From NCBI RefSeq assembly GCF_018336915.1, contig NZ_CP064923.1, positions 810,001-842,000 on the forward strand: 32,000 nucleotides of DNA, in the 5' to 3' direction. The position numbers and the translations under genes were made by a program. How positions within the stretch are numbered: the stretch's first letter is position 1; every line of letters begins with the position of its first letter. This document shows positions 18,086-26,172 of the stretch, piece by piece. This DNA comes from Acaryochloris marina S15 (GTDB taxonomy: Bacteria; Cyanobacteriota; Cyanobacteriia; Thermosynechococcales; Thermosynechococcaceae). The notes under the pieces were generated by a model. It ran no database searches. It saw nothing but the letters and a program-made list of their open reading frames with translations, and was not told the DNA's origin.

Positions 18086-19138
18086 CTATAAATAAAAGGT
18101 TTCCACTAAAGTGAGACTCAAAATAGAAATAAATAACCAGGCCGCAGCGCCCAAGTAGAGTGGTCGCAGACCCATTTCCTTAAACTTATGGAGTTTAGTT
18201 TCTAGCCCCATGGCCACCATCGACACGGTCAGTAAAAATTTATTGCCTTGAGTAATGGACTCAGTCCATGCAATCGGTAAAATCTGAAAACTGCTAACCC
18301 CAATCAGCACCACGAACCCTAGTACAAACCAAGGAATTGGCAGTGATTTGGAATTTCCTACCCGTTGCCGAAAAGATAAAACCCCTAAGGTCAACATCAC
18401 CGGAATCAGGAACATCACCCGCGATAGCTTCGCAATCGTGGCCAGTTCACCGCTGACTGGACTGGTCTGAAAGGCTGCAGCCACCACTTGAGCCACTTCA
18501 TGAATCGATGCCCCCGTCCATACTCCAAAGGCTTCTGGCGTTAGAGCTAGCCAACCAAACAGCAGGGGATAGAGCAGCATCGATAGGGTTCCAAACACGG
18601 TCACAATCGTGACGGCATAGGCAACATCTTCATCCGACCCTTCAATCACGCTATTAGTGGCAACGACCGCAGAAGCCCCACAAATAGATGTTCCTGACGC
18701 AATCAATTGAGACAGTTGACGACTCACGCCGAGCTGGCGACCCAGCCAGCAGGTGAATATAAAAGTGCTGCCTAGGACAACAGCTACAATCCCCAGCCCT
18801 TTGGGGCCAACTTCCAGGATCTGCGACGCGCTCAGCCTCAGTCCCAGCAACATAATGGCGAGTCGTAAAATTCGTTTGAGAGTGAACTTAATGCCTGGCT
18901 GGCAAGAGGCGGGTACCGTCAAGACATTGCGGACTGCAATACCCAAAACCACAGCCAAAATGAGTGAGCTCAGAAAATGCAAGCCCGGTACGAGATGAAG
19001 GAACGTTGCCACTAAAGCAAGTCCAAACGTCAGAAATAGACCTGTAAAAATAGAACCCGTTTGATTCGGTGCAGACGGCCGCACTCTATAGGGTTTGGTC
19101 GCGACAGAACCCAGCTGCATGGTACGAGGTAGTTTCAT
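18086..19138 (-). CDS. YeiH/UPF0324 family membrane protein (annotated in databases as putative sulfate exporter family)
   Basis: Polytopic membrane protein, 350 aa. Segments match the E. coli YeiH sequence as I remember it: GTSICGASAVVAT, GASIHEVAQVVAA, IPWFVLGFV. Confidence 0.8.
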   Translation of the reverse strand: MKLPRTMQLGSVATKPYRVRPSAPNQTGSIFTGLFLTFGLALVATFLHLVPGLHFLSSLILAVVLGIAVRNVLTVPASCQPGIKFTLKRILRLAIMLLGLRLSASQILEVGPKGLGIVAVVLGSTFIFTCWLGRQLGVSRQLSQLIASGTSICGASAVVATNSVIEGSDEDVAYAVTIVTVFGTLSMLLYPLLFGWLALTPEAFGVWTGASIHEVAQVVAAAFQTSPVSGELATIAKLSRVMFLIPVMLTLGVLSFRQRVGNSKSLPIPWFVLGFVVLIGVSSFQILPIAWTESITQGNKFLLTVSMVAMGLETKLHKFKEMGLRPLYLGAAAWLFISILSLTLVETFYL

Positions 19139-19178
19139 GTGGAACCCTGGAATGAGTTTGACATTGAAGATAGGGGGC

Positions 19179-19514
19179 CTAGATAAAATCTAGATCGGGG
19201 CTTTGGGCCATAATTTCTGAAATCTCTGCGTCTTCAGAGGTCTCCTGCTGCAAAACCTCTTTTAGAAACCGCTGATAAGCCGTGTAGAGGCGGGAAGATC
19301 CGTCAGGATTTTCCACAATGAAGAAGGGTGCGGAATCAACGTTGTATTGGGCTGCCAATGCATAGCCCTCACTGTCCGGATTACGTTCATCAGCAGTGAC
19401 AATTTGATCGATTCGAGATCTCAACTCAAGAGTTTCTAGTTCAGAGAGTACTCTGGCGGATTTTGCACAGGGTTGACCATCGTGCTTAACCTTTTGAACC
19501 AAGGTGATTTTCAT
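19179..19514 (-). CDS. Small thioredoxin/glutaredoxin-fold-like protein with a CxxS motif
   Basis: From the ATG at 19514 the protein reads MKITLVQKVKHDGQPCAKSARVL...APFFIVENPDGS. This is a beta-alpha-beta start with a single Cys in C-A-K-S, as in monothiol Grx/Trx-like proteins. The ORF-track GTG at 19595 is probably too far upstream. The family assignment is tentative. Confidence 0.5.
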   Translation of the reverse strand: MKITLVQKVKHDGQPCAKSARVLSELETLELRSRIDQIVTADERNPDSEGYALAAQYNVDSAPFFIVENPDGSSRLYTAYQRFLKEVLQQETSEDAEISEIMAQSPDLDFI

Positions 19515-19660
19515 GAAAAGACGTTTTTGATAATTGGGGACAGATAGCAGCAGTTCAGGCTTTGTTGGGTGAGTGATACCTTGAAAAATTGGCACGAAAA
19601 TATTTCAGGAAGTTGCAAAACAGCAGTTCATCCCTAAATTGAGCAATACCGAATTTCAGA

Positions 19661-19695
19661 CTTCCTAGCGAAGTTCAAAAGACTTCGCTAGGAAG
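19661..19695 (-). terminator. Strong intercistronic stem-loop after cysH (terminator or RNA stability/processing element)
   Basis: 14 bp perfect inverted repeat CTTCCTAGCGAAGT (19661-19674) / ACTTCGCTAGGAAG (19682-19695) with a 7 nt loop, starting 9 nt after the cysH stop. No clean U-tract follows on the minus strand. Confidence 0.5.
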
Positions 19696-19703
19696 CAACA
19701 CAT

Positions 19704-20450
19704 TTACTTTTGGGTCGCATTACTAGCGTGTAAACCACATTCCTTGTCATCAGGATTTTCCCACCACCAGCGGCCTTGGCGTTCATGCTGGTGAGGCAAG
19801 GTGGATCGGGTGCAAGGGGCACAACCAATACTCACAAAGCCCTGGGAGTGCAAGGGATTGAACGGCACCTCATTCTTATCGATGTATTCCCATACCTGAT
19901 TTGAGGTCCAGTTGGATAGCGGGTTGAACTTAATTAAGGTGTGGTCATCGTTGGAGAAGGCGGTATCCACTTGCATGACCGGTAAATTAGAACGGGTCTG
20001 ACTTTGATCCTGACGCTGCCCTGTAATCCAAGCATCAAGAGACGACAACTTTCGACGTAAAGGACGAACCTTGCGAATACTGCAGCACTCCTTATGACCG
20101 TCTTTATAGAAGCTAAACAGCCCTTTTTCGCGAACGAGTGCTTCTACTTGAGCAGGGTCAGGAAACAGCAGCTCAATATGGAGTTTATAGCGCTTTCTGA
20201 CCTGCTCAATAAACCGGTAAGTCTCAGGGTGTAAACGTCCAGTATCCAGACAGAACACACTCACATCTGGCCGAATCTTAGCAGCCATATCAATCAGAAC
20301 CACGTCTTCTGCACCACTAAAAGCAATGGCAATGTTGTCGAACTTTTTGAGTGCAAAGTCGAGGATTTCTTGAGGATTATCCTGAGGCAGCTTCGTGAGT
20401 GCGCTAGGAATATCAACAGTGGTATCGACAGTATTGATCGCTTGAATCAT
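19704..20450 (-). CDS. cysH: Assimilatory adenylyl-sulfate (APS) / PAPS reductase, Fe-S cluster type
   Basis: C-terminal catalytic KECGLH. The cysteine pair CC (HKECCSIRKV) and CxxC (GCAPCT) are characteristic of [4Fe-4S] APS reductases. The ATG at 20450 is preceded by GGAG 7 nt upstream, whereas the ORF-track start at 20480 is a TTG. Confidence 0.9.
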   Translation of the reverse strand: MIQAINTVDTTVDIPSALTKLPQDNPQEILDFALKKFDNIAIAFSGAEDVVLIDMAAKIRPDVSVFCLDTGRLHPETYRFIEQVRKRYKLHIELLFPDPAQVEALVREKGLFSFYKDGHKECCSIRKVRPLRRKLSSLDAWITGQRQDQSQTRSNLPVMQVDTAFSNDDHTLIKFNPLSNWTSNQVWEYIDKNEVPFNPLHSQGFVSIGCAPCTRSTLPHQHERQGRWWWENPDDKECGLHASNATQK

Positions 20451-21278
20451 AAGAGAACTCCTTAATGAGTCAGAAAACAAAAATTAAAAGGGATAGCAAA
20501 CTCTGCAGGCTGATTAATCGTCCTAGTTAGCCTGCATTGAAGTGCCTAAGAAGGCAGGGGGTAAGAGTTCTAAAAAGACTCTCAAACCTTGCATTTTTCT
20601 TAGCTTTTAATAGATAGAACGGTGAATAGAGCAGCATCTTGCTGCCACCGAAATATGGGTGCCGTTATCGCCTTCTCTACATCAGTGATTGCAGAAAAAG
20701 ACATCAACTTCAAGATGATGAATCTACAAGTAATTCATCTTAAGTCAATTATCGAGAGTCATAGGCATGGGGTATACCAACGCTGATATAGCTTGGGCCT
20801 ATAGCGAATGGAATGCCGTTAGTATTAAAACTTGCGGCTACGGAAACAAAAACTGGCATAACAAATAGTGGTACGGACGCTAGGTGCAATCAGTTTTCTG
20901 CAACAGCCTTTTCTTAACCATCTCGAAATAACACCCCGCCAGGTATTAAATACTGACAGAGATGTTGTTTTTTGGTGATGACCACTACAGAACTACTGAA
21001 ATAAAGCTCGAACGGACCTCTGAGGAAATTATTATTAGTTACTCACAGTAACTATCTGCAAGACTTTGGATTGTTGAATTGCCAACCCAAATCACTGATG
21101 TCTTAATCAGACGGTGAGACCAGCAGCATGAAATATATAGATATTAAACACTGCACCGACAATTAATATAGTATCGAGACTTAAAATGACTCAGGAGTAA
21201 AGCTTAGATATATATAACCATATATAAAAACAGATGTAAACACAAAAAAAATTTAATTTTAGTTGAACAGCCAAAAAA

Positions 21279-21294
21279 TGTGACTTCAGTCACA
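21279..21294. promoter_or_regulatory. Perfect CRP-family (cAMP receptor protein type) palindrome TGTGA-N6-TCACA
   Basis: Sequence TGTGACTTCAGTCACA, read directly. It lies in the middle of a ~1.4 kb ORF-free AT-rich region. A weaker TGTGT-N6-TCACT lies 48 bp away (21327-21342). Confidence 0.6.
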
Positions 21295-21878
21295 AAAAAC
21301 TAAGATAGCTCATTTTTTTTGGCAGATGTGTAGCATATCACTTAGAGTTCCAATTTTTTTAATAATTGGTTTATTTAGCTATCCCTGTTAGAAACCGAAC
21401 TATTTTTTTACCGTTATAAAATAATAGGCATTGACGGTGCACTAAGGTTTGTAGATATATTTTTATGCCTTTCGAAGTGATATCAACTCAACTCAACTCA
21501 TACTGCTTCTCTATAATTCCTTCATGATAGAAATAAAAGATATAGCCTCACTGCTATTCAGTCTGAGTTGGACCATCATCCTTGAAGGTTCTACTACTGC
21601 TTGAGGTTGCTTTGGAGAGTCATAAACAATGAAACACATCCAGCAGTCAGGCAATCCGAGCCTGTGGATTGTGAATGCCTACTGAGACAATACCCAATTC
21701 AAGCGTTGATGCCATCACCCTGAAACGTGAAATGAGAGATGCTTTGTCTAGCCTAGAAAAAAGGTGGACAATTTTCCCACTCGGTCTTGACCGAGCAGCG
21801 TTGCTGATAATCCGTAAAATGATTTGTGTTCTGCTCTTTTGCTTTGAGGTAAATTTTATCCTTGCCTTTCAATCGGGG

Positions 21879-22553
21879 CTATTTGGGCTTTTGTGAAGAT
21901 GGCACAACTTTGGCAGGGTTATTGGCAATGACCGTTTGCCCTAACTCAGCTTGACTTCCCCAAGGTTGCAGCGCTGAAGGGAGTTGCCATTGCCCCCAGT
22001 CAAACCCATCTTTAATGGCCCAGGATAAATCAACTTGCTTGGGTACTGCTAAGGAATGGCTACAGGTGAGGTCCGCTTCATAGGCTGCCAATATTTGAGT
22101 GTCTTGCTCCATTTCCGGGGATTGCAAATATAGAACAGAACAGCGATACCGCTGATACCAGCCTGCGATCGCATTCTCCAACTTATCCGCAGTCGTCCGA
22201 CAGACAACCGCCGCTGTTCCCCACCACCAGGCAGCGACTAGCCATTGCTCTGGGTCACCTTCGATACTCTGAAAGGCATGGATACTATTCACCAAGGTAG
22301 AAATATGGGGGCAGGCTTCGATCGCCGAGGTATCACATTTCCAGATCGGGGCCGGAGGTTCATTTTCCGGGCGTTGCTCCCGCCAAACCTGTAGCAAGAA
22401 AGCCAGGGGATCAGATCCTTGAGCATAGGTCGGCCAGTGAGTATGCATCAGTCCCTCTGGATAATGCTGTTGGAGGGCTAATAAAGGAGCTAAATGCTCA
22501 GGACTCAAAAGTGGGGCCAAAAGTTGAAGAGGTTGAGGCAGAGTCACGGGCAT
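21879..22553 (-). CDS. Hypothetical Trp-rich protein, 224 aa
   Basis: Intact ATG ORF 73 nt downstream of gntK on the same strand. It has 12 Trp residues, including AAWWWG. No motif recognised. Confidence 0.55.
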   Translation of the reverse strand: MPVTLPQPLQLLAPLLSPEHLAPLLALQQHYPEGLMHTHWPTYAQGSDPLAFLLQVWREQRPENEPPAPIWKCDTSAIEACPHISTLVNSIHAFQSIEGDPEQWLVAAWWWGTAAVVCRTTADKLENAIAGWYQRYRCSVLYLQSPEMEQDTQILAAYEADLTCSHSLAVPKQVDLSWAIKDGFDWGQWQLPSALQPWGSQAELGQTVIANNPAKVVPSSQKPK

Positions 22554-22626
22554 TGTCCTTTGAGAATAAGCGAATTGAGGGGATGTCCCTATCAGCAGTA
22601 TCCCTGTTCGCCTGGTCTACAATCAA

Positions 22627-23178
22627 CTAGCGCTGCCACCAAACCTGTTTTAAATGGGGATAGCAGGCAAGGGCTTGCCGCCATATTTGCTCAACGACCC
22701 AAGCCGGAGGCTGAGTCGCATCAACCGTCAAAATGTCTGATTCTGTTGTCTGAATGGCTTCATAGGTATTGAGCTGGCTAGCTAGGAGCTCAGCCTGCAT
22801 GTAGTGATTGTCTCGCTGAGTCAAACGTTGGCGTAGATGGGATTCCGACAGCTCTAACCACACAAGCTGCACAGCTCCCAAAGCCATCAATCGCTGGCGA
22901 TGGGCTTGCTTAAGGGCTGAACAGGTGATGACGGTTTCGCGTTTCAGATCGATAGCCCGGCGTATATCATTTGCGATCGCATCTAGCCACTCCCGGCGAT
23001 CACCGTCATTCAGGGGGGCTTGAGCAACCATTTTTTTGATATTAGCGGCGGTATGGCGACGATCGCCTTCTAAAAAATCACACTCTAACCGATTAGCCAA
23101 TAAGCGGCCTATGGTGGTTTTACCTGAACCCGCAACTCCAATCATGATCCAAACAATAGGACTATCTGTGTTTGTCAT
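22627..23178 (-). CDS. gntK: Gluconokinase
   Basis: P-loop GVAGSGKTT is followed by FLEGDRRHTAANIKKMVAQAPLNDGDRREWL and CSALK. This tracks the E. coli GntK pattern as I remember it (GVSGSGKS...FLDGDFLHPRRNIEKMASGEPLNDDDRKPWL...CSALK). Confidence 0.75.
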   Translation of the reverse strand: MTNTDSPIVWIMIGVAGSGKTTIGRLLANRLECDFLEGDRRHTAANIKKMVAQAPLNDGDRREWLDAIANDIRRAIDLKRETVITCSALKQAHRQRLMALGAVQLVWLELSESHLRQRLTQRDNHYMQAELLASQLNTYEAIQTTESDILTVDATQPPAWVVEQIWRQALACYPHLKQVWWQR

Positions 23179-23565
23179 AGGTCACAACAACTTTTACTGC
23201 CAACACTGGATTGATGATTCCTTGAAGTGACGATAGCCAAATCTTTCACTGCCTTACTAGTCATCTGTCTCGAATAGTTAACCTTGCACTCTCTAGAACA
23301 TTGAGAATTGGAATGGATGATAAAGAAAGTTGAGTTCTCAAAGTCAGCTGCCCAAGATACGAAGAAATTTGCAACTTATAGGGATTAAAACTGATGTACC
23401 AAGATCGGTTAACATTTTCAGACTAATCCCTAAAAGCCCCCCTATGGAAAACTAATCGGTGATATGCAGAGCAATGACTCCTGAAGAAGCAATATTGAGC
23501 ATCAGTTGATTTATTCAGATCGTTGAGCAACAGAAAGTCGTCAAAATCCGACGGATGTGGGGGCA

Positions 23566-24456
23566 TCACTCATGATGGTGATGATCTATTTTTTGGGATT
23601 GGCCGAACCGCCGGATCTGAGCCAGCAACTCTGGTCGGGTCAAAATTCCTTGAGACGGACTGAAAAGCAGCACCAAAATAAATAGAGACGAAGACACCAA
23701 CACAATCGATGGGCCAGAAGGAAGCTCCGTATAGTAGCTAAAGTAAACCCCTATAGTACTCACCACAGCCCCAAGTACAGCCCCTAACATCATCATCTGG
23801 TGTAATTCACGCACCAGTAGATAAGCCGACAAGGCTGGCCCTACTAGCATAGCAATCACCAGAACTACCCCCACTGCCTGCATACTGGCAATAATGGTCA
23901 GCGTTGTCACAGCCATCAGGCCCACATAAAGCGCATGAACAGGTAACCCCATGGCTTGGGCACCCGTGGAGTCAAAGGTATAAAGCAGCAGCTCTTTATA
24001 AGTCAACTTGATCACCGCCAAAATCAGCACGGTGATGCTTAGCGTGCGCAGAATATCTGAAGGTGTCGTAGCCAGGATATCGCCAAATAGCAAACTGTCT
24101 AAGTCAAACTTGTTTTTCAGGGTCGATAGCAGCGTAATGCCGAGGGCGAAAAACGTAGAAAACGTTAGGGCCATGGCTGAATCAGCTTTGATACGGGATT
24201 GCGATCGAATCCAGGTAATAAACAAAGCCCCAGCGATACCAGAACTAAAAGCCCCAATCATCAGGTCAATGCCCGTAAATGCCGCAATGGACAGCCCCGG
24301 CAATACACAGTGGGCAATCACATCCCCTAACAACGCCATCCGTTGAATAATCAGGTAGCTGCCCACAACAGGGCATAAAACACCTACCAGAATGCCGATA
24401 GCCAGGGCATGTCGGATAAATTCATACCCTAATGGTTCAAGAAACCACTCAAACAT
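23566..24456 (-). CDS. Metal (Mn/Zn/Fe) ABC transporter permease, ABC-3 family
   Basis: 296 aa polytopic protein whose N-terminus FLEPLGYEFIRHALAIGILVG...GSYLIIQRMALLGDVIAH is typical of MntB/ZnuB/TroC-type permeases. The C-terminus ends in HHHHE. Confidence 0.88.
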   Translation of the reverse strand: MFEWFLEPLGYEFIRHALAIGILVGVLCPVVGSYLIIQRMALLGDVIAHCVLPGLSIAAFTGIDLMIGAFSSGIAGALFITWIRSQSRIKADSAMALTFSTFFALGITLLSTLKNKFDLDSLLFGDILATTPSDILRTLSITVLILAVIKLTYKELLLYTFDSTGAQAMGLPVHALYVGLMAVTTLTIIASMQAVGVVLVIAMLVGPALSAYLLVRELHQMMMLGAVLGAVVSTIGVYFSYYTELPSGPSIVLVSSSLFILVLLFSPSQGILTRPELLAQIRRFGQSQKIDHHHHE

Positions 24457-24464
24457 GTCTTGTT

Positions 24465-25205
24465 CTAACAGACGAAAGACTGATCACTGGGATGCGAATG
24501 CCCCAACACGCCCCGATAAGCCTGCTGCAAATTCTCAGGGGTCATCACCTTGGCTGGTAGACCATCTGCAATCAGCTGGCGGTTGAGGAGTAAGAGTCGA
24601 TCGAGTTGAGACATAGACTCTCCCCAGTCATGGCTACTGACCAACAGAATTTTGCCTTGGGCTTTGAGGTTGGCAAAGACCTGGAACATTATGGCTTCCG
24701 TCGGTTGATCCACCCCATTAAAGGGTTCATCAAACAGGAAAATATCGGCCTCTTGGGCTAAGGCCCGAGCTAAAAAGACCCGCTGTTGCTGCCCGCCAGA
24801 CAATTCACCAATGCGACGATGCCGCAGATCTAGCATTTCAACTTGTTCAAGGGCCGTTTTGACAATTTCTTTAGTGGCTCGACCTGGACTGCGAAACCAG
24901 CCCAACTTACGGGTCCGGGCCATCATCACCACGTTCCACACTGTAACCGGATAGTCCCAATCAATTTGTGATCGCTGGGGGACATAGGCCACCCGCTCTA
25001 GCTGATTGCACAGGGGACAGGTACAGAAGCTCACGTGGCCACTCACCGTGGGCACAAGTCCTAACATCGCTTTCATCATGGTGCTTTTACCTGCACCATT
25101 GGGACCGACAATCCCTACTAATTGGCCGGGCTCAATTTGGAAGCTAACATCATCTAACCCTCGCACCCCTCGATAATCGACGGCGAGTTGTTGGACCTTG
25201 AGCAT
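24465..25205 (-). CDS. Metal ABC transporter ATP-binding protein
   Basis: Walker A GPNGAGKST, signature LSGGQQQR, Walker B IFLFDEP. It ends 8 nt upstream of the permease gene. Confidence 0.9.
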   Translation of the reverse strand: MLKVQQLAVDYRGVRGLDDVSFQIEPGQLVGIVGPNGAGKSTMMKAMLGLVPTVSGHVSFCTCPLCNQLERVAYVPQRSQIDWDYPVTVWNVVMMARTRKLGWFRSPGRATKEIVKTALEQVEMLDLRHRRIGELSGGQQQRVFLARALAQEADIFLFDEPFNGVDQPTEAIMFQVFANLKAQGKILLVSSHDWGESMSQLDRLLLLNRQLIADGLPAKVMTPENLQQAYRGVLGHSHPSDQSFVC

Positions 25206-25214
25206 ACATACAAT

Positions 25215-25231
25215 ATGAGAATGATACTCAT
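25215..25231. promoter_or_regulatory. Candidate Fur-family (Zur/Fur-like) operator
   Basis: 17 bp AT-rich 8-1-8 palindrome ATGAGAATGATACTCAT with 7 of 8 symmetric pairs, 10 nt upstream of the ABC ATPase start codon. The inner TGAGAATGATACTCA resembles the TGATAATnATTATCA-type box as I remember it. Confidence 0.4.
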
Positions 25232-25463
25232 TACTATACCCGTTTCTTCCGAACTCAGGGCAGAAAGCAGTTGCAACCTGTGTAATTTGTCATAAAAGTT
25301 GATCAACGTTCATCCTGCTATTGCTGCTCAACCTCGTCTGAAAATAGAACCTTGATATCCATCTTTTCAATGGTATGATGGGGAATCTGAGTAAATTAAT
25401 CTTGATTCCTTCAACGGAATTCACAAGCCTTACTCAAACAACCGGAGTATTTTCGACCTCAAT

Positions 25464-25718
25464 ATGATCAAACTCAGACTCAAGCGATACGGCAAAAAAA
25501 GAGCTGCTAGCTACCGAATCGTGGCCATGAATAGCCGCGACCGCAGAGATGGTCGTCCCTTGGAAGAATTGGGCTACTATAATCCCATCACCGATGAAAC
25601 CCGCCTGCATGTAGATGCGATCGCAAAGCGTCTCAAAGAAGGTGCGCAGCCTACAGACACCGTACGTCGCATTTTGGAAAAAGCCAGCCTTTTAGAACCT
25701 GCCAAGGCCAAAGCCTAA
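25464..25718 (+). CDS. rpsP: 30S ribosomal protein S16
   Basis: [41 protein letters not shown] is the canonical S16 N-terminus. Confidence 0.95.
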   Translation: MIKLRLKRYGKKRAASYRIVAMNSRDRRDGRPLEELGYYNPITDETRLHVDAIAKRLKEGAQPTDTVRRILEKASLLEPAKAKA

Positions 25719-25728
25719 TTTTTAACTT

Positions 25729-26052
25729 ATGCCTTCAACTTCTACTGCTAAGACTGATTACTCAGTTCTTGTTCGTTTTCTCGTAGAACCTTTTCTTGAA
25801 GCCTCTGAAACTTTGAGTATAGATTGCGAGACGAATGCCAGTGGTAGAGTTTGGATCCGTCTGGCATTTTCAGGAACAGATAAAGGGCGGGTTTTTGGTC
25901 GGGGTGGGCGGACCATCCAGGCGATGCGCACAGTGTTGGAGATGGCTGGCAAAGCAGCCAACCAAACAGTGTACCTAGAAGTGTTCAATGAAGGAGGGGC
26001 GGATAAACAGCCTTCTCGCCCCAAGAAGCCTCCTCAGAAACGACGCCGTTGA
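25729..26052 (+). CDS. KH-domain RNA-binding protein (YlqC-like), with a basic C-terminal tail
   Basis: The GxxG KH loop lies in VFGRGGRTIQAMRTVLEMAG. It sits immediately after rpsP, as in the widespread rpsP-KH arrangement. The tail is KQPSRPKKPPQKRRR. Confidence 0.85.
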   Translation: MPSTSTAKTDYSVLVRFLVEPFLEASETLSIDCETNASGRVWIRLAFSGTDKGRVFGRGGRTIQAMRTVLEMAGKAANQTVYLEVFNEGGADKQPSRPKKPPQKRRR

Positions 26053-26085
26053 GTAAAAGTGTTACTCATCCAAAAATCTGTTTTT

Positions 26086-26120
26086 ATCAGTAGCCTGACT
26101 TAAGAGCTACTGATTGTTTC
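26086..26120 (+). terminator. Candidate terminator after the rpsP-KH pair
   Basis: 9 bp stem ATCAGTAGC (26086-26094) / GCTACTGAT (26106-26114) with an 11 nt loop, followed by TGTTTCC. Confidence 0.4.
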
Positions 26121-26172
26121 CGCCATCAGACATTCTGATAGGTTTATTTCTCCCTATTCATTCCAAGCCATT

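Noticed and set aside
21483-21500. Microsatellite (TCAAC) x 3.6.
   Set aside because: It is a short low-copy simple repeat in AT-rich DNA with no evident function. I note it only for completeness.
21675-21896. 73 aa plus-strand ORF (MPTETIPNSSVDAITLKREM...) at the right edge of the AT-rich region.
   Set aside because: It has no Shine-Dalgarno sequence and no motif, and its 3' end overlaps the convergent 224 aa gene by 18 nt. The hydrophobic tail could simply be an AT-rich artefact. I have not called it as a gene, but ribosome profiling could revive it.
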